28,184 nt of DNA from a virus (Duplodnaviria; Heunggongvirae; Uroviricota; Caudoviricetes), in IMG/VR virus record IMGVR_UViG_2563366957_000012; one strand, 5' to 3'. The translations under genes and the position numbers were made by a program. This document shows positions 18,273 through 25,857 of the stretch, piece after piece; the stretch's first letter is position 1, and each line of letters opens with the position of its first letter. The notes beneath the pieces were generated by a model. That model saw nothing but the letters and a program-made list of their open reading frames with translations. It ran no database searches and was not told the origin of the DNA.

Positions 18273-19491
18273 CGTTCTTTTCCTCTTTGCCTTTCGTATC
18301 TTTAAAGTTATTCAACGGATTTGCTGCATTTACGCTGACCAGCATTTCATCCAGACCGTCAACCGGGTTCATATCCTCAAATGCCCTGGCTTCATTCCGA
18401 CTCATCCAGCCATCTGTAATGGCAAAGTGATAGAACTGCGCACGCTCCTGTGGGGTCCCACGGAGCAACCCCGTGAGGTTGAAACGAACGTAATACCCGG
18501 CAGCCCGTTCTGTACGGGTAAACAGGCGACGGTTAAGCTCCTGCTCCCAGTTCGCAACCCAGGGCATCATCGTGTAGCGAACAAACTGAATCGCCTGCTG
18601 CGTAATATTCGAAAATGTGGCTTTTTCCAGGTCATTAATCATGTGCGCCGGGACATTAAAAATCCCGGCAATCATCGACCGGTTCAGCTTGGTCATATCA
18701 ATGATCTGAGCATCCACCGGAGAAACTGTCAGAGCGCGGTAATCCAGTTGCGCAGGCAGCAACATGGTTTTATTTTCCTGGCTGCGAAGCGCTGTCACCG
18801 CCCGCTGCCACATATTTTTAAGCCTGCCCCAGCTTTGTTCGTTCAGTTCATTTTTCACAGAAATAATACCGGCAGGACGGGCATTACCGTTAAAAAAGGC
18901 GCTGGTATACTGCTGGCCACTCATTCCCATACCAATGGTTTCAGCATGCTGCATGATCGGGCTCAGTCCCATTTTCTGATTGTTTCCCAGCGCCCTGATA
19001 TGGATCATGTCGTCCGGACTTACCGCAAATGCACCCTCTTCGTTATACACCCCGTAAGTATGACGCCCACCGGTGTTAAGTAACGTGGTTTCCCATGGCA
19101 TACAGCATTCAAGGCTGGTAACCTCTCCACGACGATTACGTTTTACCCACGTATAACCATTGCCCCACCCCAGCACATGACGCTGCTTCAGTTCCCGCCA
19201 CTTATAGCTGGTCTGCCAGGCATTCGGTTCATCATGAACGAGCCAGAACAACGGATGATCGCGTGCAGGCTGAACATGCTCATTCGTTTTTCGCATCACA
19301 TGCAGGGGCATCTGAGCCACACTGGATGAAATAACATAAATACAGGCATAGACAGCAGCCAGCTTCATGGATGTTTCCGGACTGACATACACATCCCGGG
19401 CAAAAATATTATCCGTCTCAGCGGCCTCTCCGGTTACCGGAACCGAGGGATTTTCCAGAGGCTCACTGCGAAACAGAGCATCAAGAAGCAT
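18265..19491 (-). CDS. Portal protein, HK97 family, 408 aa
   Basis: Size and position after the large terminase; strong RBS GAGGAGAAAAC before the ATG. Confidence 0.9.
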   Translation of the reverse strand: MLLDALFRSEPLENPSVPVTGEAAETDNIFARDVYVSPETSMKLAAVYACIYVISSSVAQMPLHVMRKTNEHVQPARDHPLFWLVHDEPNAWQTSYKWRELKQRHVLGWGNGYTWVKRNRRGEVTSLECCMPWETTLLNTGGRHTYGVYNEEGAFAVSPDDMIHIRALGNNQKMGLSPIMQHAETIGMGMSGQQYTSAFFNGNARPAGIISVKNELNEQSWGRLKNMWQRAVTALRSQENKTMLLPAQLDYRALTVSPVDAQIIDMTKLNRSMIAGIFNVPAHMINDLEKATFSNITQQAIQFVRYTMMPWVANWEQELNRRLFTRTERAAGYYVRFNLTGLLRGTPQERAQFYHFAITDGWMSRNEARAFEDMNPVDGLDEMLVSVNAANPLNNFKDTKGKEEKNDE

Positions 19492-19621
19492 GTTTTCTCC
19501 TCATGGACACCACCAGTGCATAAAGCAGCAACAAACAGCCCGACAGCATCAGAGACGCTGGCAGACCTGCATACAGATAAACGCCAGCAGTGAGCAAACC
19601 GAAACCGATCAGCCCGGTCAT
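19481..19621 (-). CDS. Possible small hydrophobic peptide (46 aa, MTGLIGFGLLTAGVYLYAGLPASLMLSGCLLLLYALVVSMRRKHAS) between large terminase and portal
   Basis: ATG-initiated ORF not in the supplied track (under 60 aa). Starts 17 nt after the TerL stop, overlaps the portal start by 11 nt, encodes a single predicted TM helix with a basic tail. No clear RBS. Confidence 0.25.
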   Translation of the reverse strand: MTGLIGFGLLTAGVYLYAGLPASLMLSGCLLLLYALVVSMRRKHAS

Positions 19622-19638
19622 ATCAGTAATAAGCTGTT

Positions 19639-21396
19639 TCACAGAATTAACAGGTCCTCATCAGGATCAAGCGTGGACAGAAAGTCATTCACGCCCCCGC
19701 CATTTACCAGAAAGCGGCTCATGGCCGTAAAAAGCGCAACAGGGCCGTCGATTTTGGCTTCAGGCGTGGATTTATTCGGGAAGATGTTGTCGTTTTTGTC
19801 CGGTTTTACCGTAACGTTAGACATCATCCAGTTCATGACCGGATGATTGCTGTGATGGAAACGCCCGGCATAAACCAGTGATTCCGTTTCCTTCATGGCC
19901 TCTGACAGATTGCGGACCGTCTGCGGAACCTCCACCAGCGGTATCCCTTCTTCAGCCAGTGCCAGGCTGAACTGCATTGCGCTCCACGGGTCAAATCCCA
20001 GTTCCCTGAGGTTTTCACCGCCAATCCATTCCAGTAAGTCACTTTTTATCTGAGCATGATCGATAACATCACCATCCGTCAGGATGAGCTTATCCATCTC
20101 CGCCCACTTCCGGTAAAGTTCTGCCTGCTGCCGCGAGCATCGCTCCAGCCGTCCTTCCGGAAGCCAGAATTTAAAATCAGCATGAACATGTCCGTTATCG
20201 GTTCGCCAGAGTTTTGCCGCCGCACAGATATCAATCTTATGAGCAAGGTCTACGCCGACCCACATGGGATATGTTTTCAGCTCATGTTGTGGAGCAATGT
20301 ATTCGCACTTCTCCCACTTAATCATATCCATCCAGGCAGATTCGGCAGTGACCCACACATTCATGTGTTTGGTAAAAAAATTCACCCGCGCAGAGACCTG
20401 CTCCTTCGCTTTTTTCGCCAGACGACGCAGATCATCCCAGCGTTTACAGATGCCCAGGCCAGGATTCGCTTTCTGCCAGACCGTTTCATCAAACGGATCA
20501 TCTCCCTCATCGAGCGTGTAAATGATCGCAAAGTAGGAGTCGTCTTTTACCGCGCCCTCCACGTCGCTGTTATAGCCTCGCAATACCTTAATGGCGTAAT
20601 CGCGCTGCTCGTAGCAAATCCCTTCCTTGTTAAAGCCAGCCGTGGTGATGCCAAATAACAGAGACTGCAGACGGGCACCGGTTGCCGTTTCCAGAACGTC
20701 CCACACGTCACGGGTTTTATGAGCATGCAGCTCATCAATAATGGCGCAGTGGATGTTCAGACCGTCCAGGTTGTTTGCATCCGAGGAAAGCGGTTCAAAT
20801 TTTGATGCGCTCTGCTCCTGGTAAATCGCCAGCTTGTTGAAATCAAACAACCGCCCGAGTGTCGACCGGGCTTTTCTGACCATATTTTTGGCGTCTTCAA
20901 ACACAATTCTGGCCTGGTCACGCGTGGTTGCGGCTGAATACACCTCAGCCCCGCCTTCACCATCTGCCCCCGTCATATACAGACCGATACCCGATGACAG
21001 GGTTGATTTTGCGTTTTTACGGGCAACTTCGTTGTATGCTGTCCGGAACCGGCGCACCATCACCGGGCGTCCACTGCCATCGCTGCGCATGACAACTTCC
21101 CCGGTTTCTTCATTCACCAGCGGAATGACAAAACCAAAAATATTAATGAGGATAAACACATGCCAGTCCATCAACTCAATGGGCTGACCTGCCAGCGCCC
21201 CTTTCACATGGGGTACAAATTTGTAGAAATTAAGGATGTGCTGTGCACGAGGTTCACTGAAATAAATCCCCCGCTCTTCGCCGTACTTCAGATCATCAAG
21301 AAAACGCTGGCAGGCCAGACGGACAAATTCGCCAGCAACAATTTCTCCTGCAACAACACGTTCGGCGTAGCGGATCCCGTCAGCCACTTTTGCCAT
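19639..21396 (-). CDS. Terminase large subunit, 585 aa
   Basis: Conserved ATPase/nuclease core (...FRTAYNEVARKNAKSTL...DGEGGAEVYSAATTRDQARIVF...). Start overlaps the TerS stop. Confidence 0.95.
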   Translation of the reverse strand: MAKVADGIRYAERVVAGEIVAGEFVRLACQRFLDDLKYGEERGIYFSEPRAQHILNFYKFVPHVKGALAGQPIELMDWHVFILINIFGFVIPLVNEETGEVVMRSDGSGRPVMVRRFRTAYNEVARKNAKSTLSSGIGLYMTGADGEGGAEVYSAATTRDQARIVFEDAKNMVRKARSTLGRLFDFNKLAIYQEQSASKFEPLSSDANNLDGLNIHCAIIDELHAHKTRDVWDVLETATGARLQSLLFGITTAGFNKEGICYEQRDYAIKVLRGYNSDVEGAVKDDSYFAIIYTLDEGDDPFDETVWQKANPGLGICKRWDDLRRLAKKAKEQVSARVNFFTKHMNVWVTAESAWMDMIKWEKCEYIAPQHELKTYPMWVGVDLAHKIDICAAAKLWRTDNGHVHADFKFWLPEGRLERCSRQQAELYRKWAEMDKLILTDGDVIDHAQIKSDLLEWIGGENLRELGFDPWSAMQFSLALAEEGIPLVEVPQTVRNLSEAMKETESLVYAGRFHHSNHPVMNWMMSNVTVKPDKNDNIFPNKSTPEAKIDGPVALFTAMSRFLVNGGGVNDFLSTLDPDEDLLIL

Positions 21397-21878
21397 CAGT
21401 CTCTCGCTTTTAAAAGCTCTGCCAGCGGATCAACATCATCCGGTCCGGCGGTATTTACTTTCGCCCGGCTTGCCGGTGACATACCAAACTCTGCAAGCAT
21501 CGCCCGAATCCGCTTCCAGGCATCCGCTTTCATCGCAGCAGCCGGGTGTGCCTTGATCAGCACATCGCCATTCTGCGTTTCCGTGCGGTAGGTATAACCC
21601 TCAACATCGAGTATTTCGCAGTGATGCCGGTATTCGGTGTAGGCTTCCACCAGTAACTCGAGCGCACGTGCATCGAGCTGAGAAATGATCCCTTCCGCAT
21701 TCAGCTCTTCCGCCATTCGCCTGAACCAGTACTTCCCCTGCGCCCCTAAATGTTGCGGAATTTTAGGGAGACCTTTTTCATCCTTTTTAGCGGTTTTTTT
21801 GGAGTCTTTAACTGGCCGCTTTGAGGGGTTACCTCGTATCAAATGCAGGCGTGGCGGGGTTTTCGGGGGTCCAGACAT
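21396..21878 (-). CDS. Terminase small subunit (P27 family), 160 aa
   Basis: Basic N-terminus (MSGPPKTPPRLHLIRGNPSKRPVKDSKKTAKKDEKGLP), size and position adjacent to the HNH gene and cos region, as in HK97-like phages. Confidence 0.85.
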   Translation of the reverse strand: MSGPPKTPPRLHLIRGNPSKRPVKDSKKTAKKDEKGLPKIPQHLGAQGKYWFRRMAEELNAEGIISQLDARALELLVEAYTEYRHHCEILDVEGYTYRTETQNGDVLIKAHPAAAMKADAWKRIRAMLAEFGMSPASRAKVNTAGPDDVDPLAELLKARD

Positions 21879-22025
21879 AATCGGTTTTACCTATCAATCA
21901 TTTAATCACATTCCAAAAAAAAGTTTTCGAACCTGCGGCGATGCGAGGAAAGGTCAGGCGGCGGTACTGAACAGCCAGGGTTGCAGAGATTTGACCCGCC
22001 CCTCCCCTGCAGATGGGAGCTGTTA
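21879..22025. other. Probable cos / packaging-initiation region
   Basis: 147-bp non-coding gap between the HNH endonuclease and TerS, the canonical cos location in HK97-type phages. Contains a GC-rich core (aggtcaggcggcggtactg) and a perfect 10-bp palindrome atcaattgat. Ends not determinable from sequence alone. Confidence 0.45.
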
Positions 22026-22376
22026 TCAATTGATGCGTTCGCGCGCTGTTTTTGCTTTATGACAGGGCCAGCACAGACTCTGCAGGTTACTGTCTGCATC
22101 CGTGCCACCATGAGCTTTCGGAATGATGTGGTCCACAGTTCTGGCTTCAACGGCTCTCCCATTGCGCAGGCAGTTCTGACACAGATGATTATCACGCTTC
22201 AGTATGTGCGCACGTATGGCATCCCATTTCGAGCCATAGCCACGCTGGTGGCGGCTCAGTCCGCGTTGATGCTGTACCCATCCTTCGCCACGATGTTTAT
22301 CGCAGTAACCAGAACTGTCTGTGGTTGTACCTGCACATCCACGCTTACGGCAGGCGCGTGGGATTAGTGCTGGCAT
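22026..22376 (-). CDS. HNH endonuclease (terminase-associated, HK97 gp74-like), 116 aa
   Basis: Cys4 zinc motif (CRKRGC...CDKH; CQNC...CWPCH) and HNH catalytic His-Asn-His pattern (DHIIPKAHGGTDADSNLQSLC). Directly upstream of cos and TerS. Confidence 0.9.
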   Translation of the reverse strand: MPALIPRACRKRGCAGTTTDSSGYCDKHRGEGWVQHQRGLSRHQRGYGSKWDAIRAHILKRDNHLCQNCLRNGRAVEARTVDHIIPKAHGGTDADSNLQSLCWPCHKAKTARERIN

Positions 22377-22514
22377 GTTTCGCCCTTATATAAATCAAAG
22401 GTGACCTGCATTGAGTATCTCCATGGAATAGATTTGCTGCTGATATGAGACAGATCAATAGACTTCATGAGCCAACGGGTGTAGATATTACTTTTTACTT
22501 CAGAGGGTTAACTC
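22377..22514 (+). promoter_or_regulatory. Probable own-promoter region for the plus-strand moron gene (divergent from the HNH gene)
   Basis: AT-rich 138-bp gap with several -10-like hexamers (tagatatta, tatgag) upstream of the 22515 ATG. Exact -35/-10 not assignable by eye. Confidence 0.3.
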
Positions 22515-23054
22515 ATGGATATTAAAGATAAAATCAATACCATTTTGTTATGTGACATTGCCATCCACCTAGGTATCGAAACTGATATTGATCCACAGCT
22601 TGTTAAATATGCTGTGTCATCTGGTAATGATTGGGTTATCAAGGCCGAATATTCACATTTGGATGTTGACGAACCAAGTAAAGAAGATCGTGATTTTGTT
22701 ACTGCTGTCTTGAATATGTATCGCGGACTTTCCAATGCTTTCAGGAAACTTAGTGATGACGAGCAAAAAGAATTAGTCCGTGACCATCATCTAAAAATAC
22801 ATGATGGGGCAATTCAGCTCCCAGGTTTCGACGGTAATAATGAATGCGATTACTTCAGTATCATTGAGGCATATCAGAAAATTGATCGCTTCCCCGAACA
22901 GAAACAGCCCATTGCCAATACTCATTCACGTACAGAACATCTCTATAACGCAATGCTTGATGAGTTTAAGAAAATTGACGCTGTAAATCGAAGCTGGGAT
23001 TTATCGAAGGAAGAACTGGCATCCATTCTTTCCACAGCTCCACGCAGTTTCTAA
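22515..23054 (+). CDS. Moron: YfbU (UPF0304)-like cytoplasmic protein, 179 aa, opposite orientation to all neighbouring phage genes
   Basis: Only convincing plus-strand gene. Visibly more AT-rich than flanks, with its own terminator. Motifs (AVLNMYRGLSNAFRKL, LPGFDGNNE, THSRTEHLYNAML, LSKEELASIL) resemble E. coli YfbU as I recall it; needs confirmation. Confidence 0.6.
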   Translation: MDIKDKINTILLCDIAIHLGIETDIDPQLVKYAVSSGNDWVIKAEYSHLDVDEPSKEDRDFVTAVLNMYRGLSNAFRKLSDDEQKELVRDHHLKIHDGAIQLPGFDGNNECDYFSIIEAYQKIDRFPEQKQPIANTHSRTEHLYNAMLDEFKKIDAVNRSWDLSKEELASILSTAPRSF

Positions 23055-23059
23055 GTGCT

Positions 23060-23326
23060 TTAGGCGGGTTTCCAACCCGCCTTATTATGCTCGTATATAG
23101 AGAAGGAAGCACCCAAATTAACCAGCGCGGATTTCTTTTCCTCAATACGGCTGTTAAGTTCAGCAACTGCATGCGGGCGTATGGCCTCAAGAAAAGCACT
23201 ATATTGATAGGCAGACTGGATTGTCACACCAAGCCCTGCACCACTTTCCAGTATACCTTTCTGTCGCTGTAGCTCTTTCATCTCGTTATAGATGTAATGT
23301 GCGTTACTTAGGTTTTCTACGTTCAC
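23060..23326 (-). CDS. Hypothetical protein, 88 aa (GTG start; uncertain gene)
   Basis: ORF between Rz and the moron with an AGGAAG RBS-like sequence 10 nt upstream of the GTG. Its last six codons are encoded by the moron terminator hairpin. No recognisable family. Confidence 0.3.
   Translation of the reverse strand: MNVENLSNAHYIYNEMKELQRQKGILESGAGLGVTIQSAYQYSAFLEAIRPHAVAELNSRIEEKKSALVNLGASFSIYEHNKAGWKPA
23063..23090 (+). terminator. Rho-independent terminator of the moron gene
   Basis: 8-bp stem ggcgggtt / aacccgcc with 3-nt loop, 9 nt after the stop codon, followed by ttattat. Confidence 0.6.
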
Positions 23327-23481
23327 GCCCTAAGTTCTTCCTGCAGTTAGCCTGCACTGATTTGTTATGCGCCAATATGTCCCGCTTCGTCTGTTGCATT
23401 ATCATAAGTAATAGCGTAGGTTGACACCTTGGCTCTCTTTCGCCACCGGCGAATCTTTAGCGGATTATCCTTGGCCGGTTT

Positions 23482-23964
23482 TTATCTGAGACATTGCTCA
23501 CGAATGTATAGCTGTGCCCCTTCCAGTTGCTTCTGCATCGTCATCAACCGTTCTCTGAGGGTGAAATAATCCCGTTCAGCGGTGTCTGCCAGTCTGGGGC
23601 TGGTTGCATTATCCACGCTGGTGGGTCCGGTGGCTTCACGCACGGCTGCGGAGCAACTGGCATTGACCCGCAGGCGCTTACGACCAGCGGCAACATCAGC
23701 GCGCAGAGTTTCATTTTCAGCTTTCGCATTGGCTAATTCTCTCGAGTACTTTGCATCGAGCGCAGCAACATCACGCTGACGCTGCTGCATGTCAGCGATG
23801 GTGGCGGTCAGCTGCTTCAGCTCACTGACTTTTTTATCACGCTGTTCTTTGTAGGTGATGGCGTTATCACGGTAATGATTGACCGCCCACGACAGGCAGA
23901 CGATGATGCAGATAACCAGAGCATAAATAATCGCGGCGACTCTGCTCACTGATCTATTCCCCAA
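23482..23964 (-). CDS. Rz: Rz inner-membrane spanin (i-spanin), 160 aa
   Basis: N-terminal TM segment and periplasmic coiled coil; sequence ([34 protein letters not shown]...[27 protein letters not shown]) closely matches lambda Rz. Confidence 0.9.
   Translation of the reverse strand: MGNRSVSRVAAIIYALVICIIVCLSWAVNHYRDNAITYKEQRDKKVSELKQLTATIADMQQRQRDVAALDAKYSRELANAKAENETLRADVAAGRKRLRVNASCSAAVREATGPTSVDNATSPRLADTAERDYFTLRERLMTMQKQLEGAQLYIREQCLR
23544..23729 (-). CDS. Rz1: Rz1 outer-membrane lipoprotein spanin (o-spanin), 61 aa, embedded in Rz in another frame
   Basis: Lipobox LVVSAC and proline-rich mature region ([32 protein letters not shown]), near-identical in pattern to lambda Rz1. Wholly inside Rz. 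Confidence 0.85.
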   Translation of the reverse strand: MRKLKMKLCALMLPLVVSACGSMPVAPQPCVKPPDPPAWIMQPAPDWQTPLNGIISPSENG

Positions 23965-24479
23965 CAGGCTAATGCGCTTTCCTGGTCACGACGAATAACC
24001 TGTCCATAGCAGTTATTTGAACGTATGCGGCAATCGCGCCCACCATCTTTTATCCACCAGCGAATCGCCTCGCATGCGCCCTTACGATCACCAGCATTCA
24101 GCCGCTTATAAAACGTCGATGGAAAACACTTACCGGGGCCAATGTTATAGGGACAAAATGACGCGATACCCGCTTTTTGTGGTTCGGTCAGTGGTACTTT
24201 AATATTGCGCTCCACCCATGCCAGCGCCTTATCACGCTCAATGGCGTTGACCTGGTCGCATTTTTCCTTCGACAGTTTCATACCGGGAAAAACGGGTTTT
24301 CCATCCACCATCGTGGCACCCCGACAGATGGTCCAGATGCCGGAACCATCGCGGTATGCCGTTGTGTGGTTACCTTCTTTTTCATCCAGAAACTGGTCGA
24401 GAATATCAGGCGCGGGCGCACCGACGGCAATCAGTGCCAGAACGGCAGCCGACAGGCCGTATCTGATTTTTGCGTTCAT
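23946..24479 (-). CDS. SAR (signal-anchor-release) endolysin, lysozyme-like, 177 aa
   Basis: N-terminal weakly hydrophobic Gly/Ala-rich segment ([18 protein letters not shown]) followed by a lysozyme-type catalytic domain. Paired with a pinholin-type holin as in phage 21. Confidence 0.8.
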   Translation of the reverse strand: MNAKIRYGLSAAVLALIAVGAPAPDILDQFLDEKEGNHTTAYRDGSGIWTICRGATMVDGKPVFPGMKLSKEKCDQVNAIERDKALAWVERNIKVPLTEPQKAGIASFCPYNIGPGKCFPSTFYKRLNAGDRKGACEAIRWWIKDGGRDCRIRSNNCYGQVIRRDQESALACWGIDQ

Positions 24480-24542
24480 GGATATTTATCAGGATTTATC
24501 GGTTTCTGCCCACGGACAGGTTTATCTGTTCCGGTCAGTGAC

Positions 24543-24893
24543 TTAAGGTTGTGATTCCGGAGGAGTCTTCAGAGAACCAGTAATTCTTCCTGGTAGCTTT
24601 CCTTTGTAGGTTATCCACACATTCTGCGCCTCTAAAATTACGGGGCGCTTTTCCGGCGACTGCTCATCCCCTTCACATAACCCGGCAGCAACATCCAGGA
24701 AGACCTGTCTGATGCTCCTTCTGGCTGCTGCCTCATAAAACTCCAGCGCGGCACCTTCAACACGGTCCAGCGAGATGTCCAGGTCAAAAATTTCGCCGTC
24801 AAAGCGTTTTTTGTCCCGTAACGCTAAAGTTACCGTAACTTTATTCTCAAAATTGCGGATCCCTTTCACAATCAGTTCATAGTTTTGAGTCAT
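24543..24893 (-). CDS. Hypothetical protein inserted between holin and endolysin (YdfR/DUF1327-like by position), 116 aa
   Basis: ATG 5 nt after the holin stop; soluble, no TM segment. Qin-type prophages carry ydfR at the same position. Family assignment is by synteny only. Confidence 0.45.
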   Translation of the reverse strand: MTQNYELIVKGIRNFENKVTVTLALRDKKRFDGEIFDLDISLDRVEGAALEFYEAAARRSIRQVFLDVAAGLCEGDEQSPEKRPVILEAQNVWITYKGKLPGRITGSLKTPPESQP

Positions 24894-24897
24894 TGAA

Positions 24898-25113
24898 TTA
24901 CTCTCCCCGTGCAGCCTTACGCTTGTCTTCTCTGATTTTGAAGTACAGATTTGTCAGATAAGTCAGGAAGCCCAGAACCAGACTCCCCAGTACACCAATC
25001 GCAGCCCACTGTGACGGACTGACCTGATCAAGCCACTGTAAAAACCAGTAGCCAGCACTGCCTGCGGAGGTGCCGTAGGCAATGCCCGTTGAAATTTTGT
25101 CCATGGATTTCAT
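24898..25113 (-). CDS. Class II holin / pinholin of phage 21 S type with dual-start motif (MKSM), 71 aa
   Basis: Sequence [70 protein letters not shown] matches S21 as I recall it. Met1 and Met4 give antiholin and holin forms. Strong RBS GGAGGTGAGG. Confidence 0.9.
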   Translation of the reverse strand: MKSMDKISTGIAYGTSAGSAGYWFLQWLDQVSPSQWAAIGVLGSLVLGFLTYLTNLYFKIREDKRKAARGE

Positions 25114-25177
25114 AGCCTCACCTCCGCAAATAACGGATGGCGTAGTTTTACACTGAGAAATGAAAGGGATTTGAAAA

Positions 25178-25200
25178 GAAAAACCCGCAAAAGCGGGCGA
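25178..25200 (-). terminator. Terminator-like hairpin upstream of the holin
   Basis: 5-bp GC stem cccgc / gcggg (25185-25189, 25194-25198), loop aaaa, followed on the minus transcript by UUUUUCUUUU. Confidence 0.4.
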
Positions 25201-25404
25201 AACGATATATACAGTAAGGGAAGCACTCTATCCAACAAACCACCCACAGTTAATCGGAATAAAAGCAGAGTGCTTATGAATGATCGCCTGCCCGAAGGTT
25301 AGTATTTCTGCACAGCAATTTTGCAAAAAAAGCGATCATTCATAACTTAAACGTCTTTCAGTCACTCCGGGATTTCCCATCATCGCAGACTGAAAGACTC
25401 TAAC

Positions 25405-25479
<75 letters not shown>

Positions 25480-25482
25480 ATA

Positions 25483-25558
<76 letters not shown>

Positions 25559-25560
25559 AC

Positions 25561-25637
25561 TGGACCGCCACCGGGGACTCGAACCTCGCACACTCAACTT
25601 AAAGGGTTGACGCTCTTTCCTGATGAGCTAGTGGCGG
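25561..25637 (-). tRNA. tRNA-like gene with atypical features (nominal anticodon UUU, Lys?; C at position 33; C1-G72), 77 nt
   Basis: Manual fold gives a full cloverleaf (D-stem GCUC/GAGC, anticodon stem UCAAC/GUUGA, T-loop UUCGAGU, encoded CCA), but the anticodon loop is CCUUUAA and the T-stem has one A-C mismatch. Identity uncertain; could be a specialised or degenerate tRNA. Confidence 0.5.
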
Positions 25638-25638
25638 C

Positions 25639-25714
25639 TGGTGGCCCTTGCTGGATTTGAACCAGCGACCTGGCGATTATGAGTCGCTCGCTCTCACCAC
25701 TGAGCTAAAGGGCC
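25639..25714 (-). tRNA. tRNA with anticodon CAU, tRNA-Ile2 (ileX/ileZ-like) or tRNA-Met, 76 nt
   Basis: Manual fold: acceptor GGCCCUU/AAGGGCC, anticodon loop CUCAUAA, T-arm GCUGG-UUCAAAU-CCAGC, encoded CCA. Overall close to E. coli ileX as I recall it. Its CCA directly abuts the next tRNA. Confidence 0.7.
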
Positions 25715-25740
25715 GGGAGCAGAATGATAACGGTCCGTAA

Positions 25741-25767
25741 TTAATTCCGCAATAAAAAACCCGCTCG
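25741..25767 (-). terminator. Intrinsic terminator about 60 nt downstream of the PR'-like promoter (tR'-like)
   Basis: 7-bp stem aacccgc / gcgggtt (25748-25754, 25761-25767), loop tcggcg, followed on the minus transcript by UUUUUUAUU. Confidence 0.55.
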
Positions 25768-25817
25768 GCGGCGGGTTGTAGAAACTCTTCTAACGTCAGG
25801 CATAAAAAGCCCATTGT

Positions 25818-25852
25818 TATGACGAATTTACCACAGATTCCGGAAAAATCAA
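25818..25852 (-). promoter_or_regulatory. PR'-like late promoter immediately downstream of Q (-35 TTGATT, 16-nt spacer, -10 TAAATT)
   Basis: Minus-strand TTGATT at 25852..25847 and TAAATT at 25830..25825. Location right after the Q stop and before a short terminated leader matches lambdoid PR'/qut architecture. Confidence 0.4.
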
Positions 25853-25857
25853 CCTTG

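Noticed and set aside
21879-22025. Lambda-type cosN (GGGCGGCGACCT) in the candidate cos region
   Set aside because: The 12-mer and its reverse complement are not present by eye. The terminase is P27/HK97-type, so a different cos sequence is expected.
23440-23481. Short GC palindrome just downstream of the Rz stop as a terminator
   Set aside because: Only a 4-bp stem with no following U-run on the transcribed strand; too weak to call.
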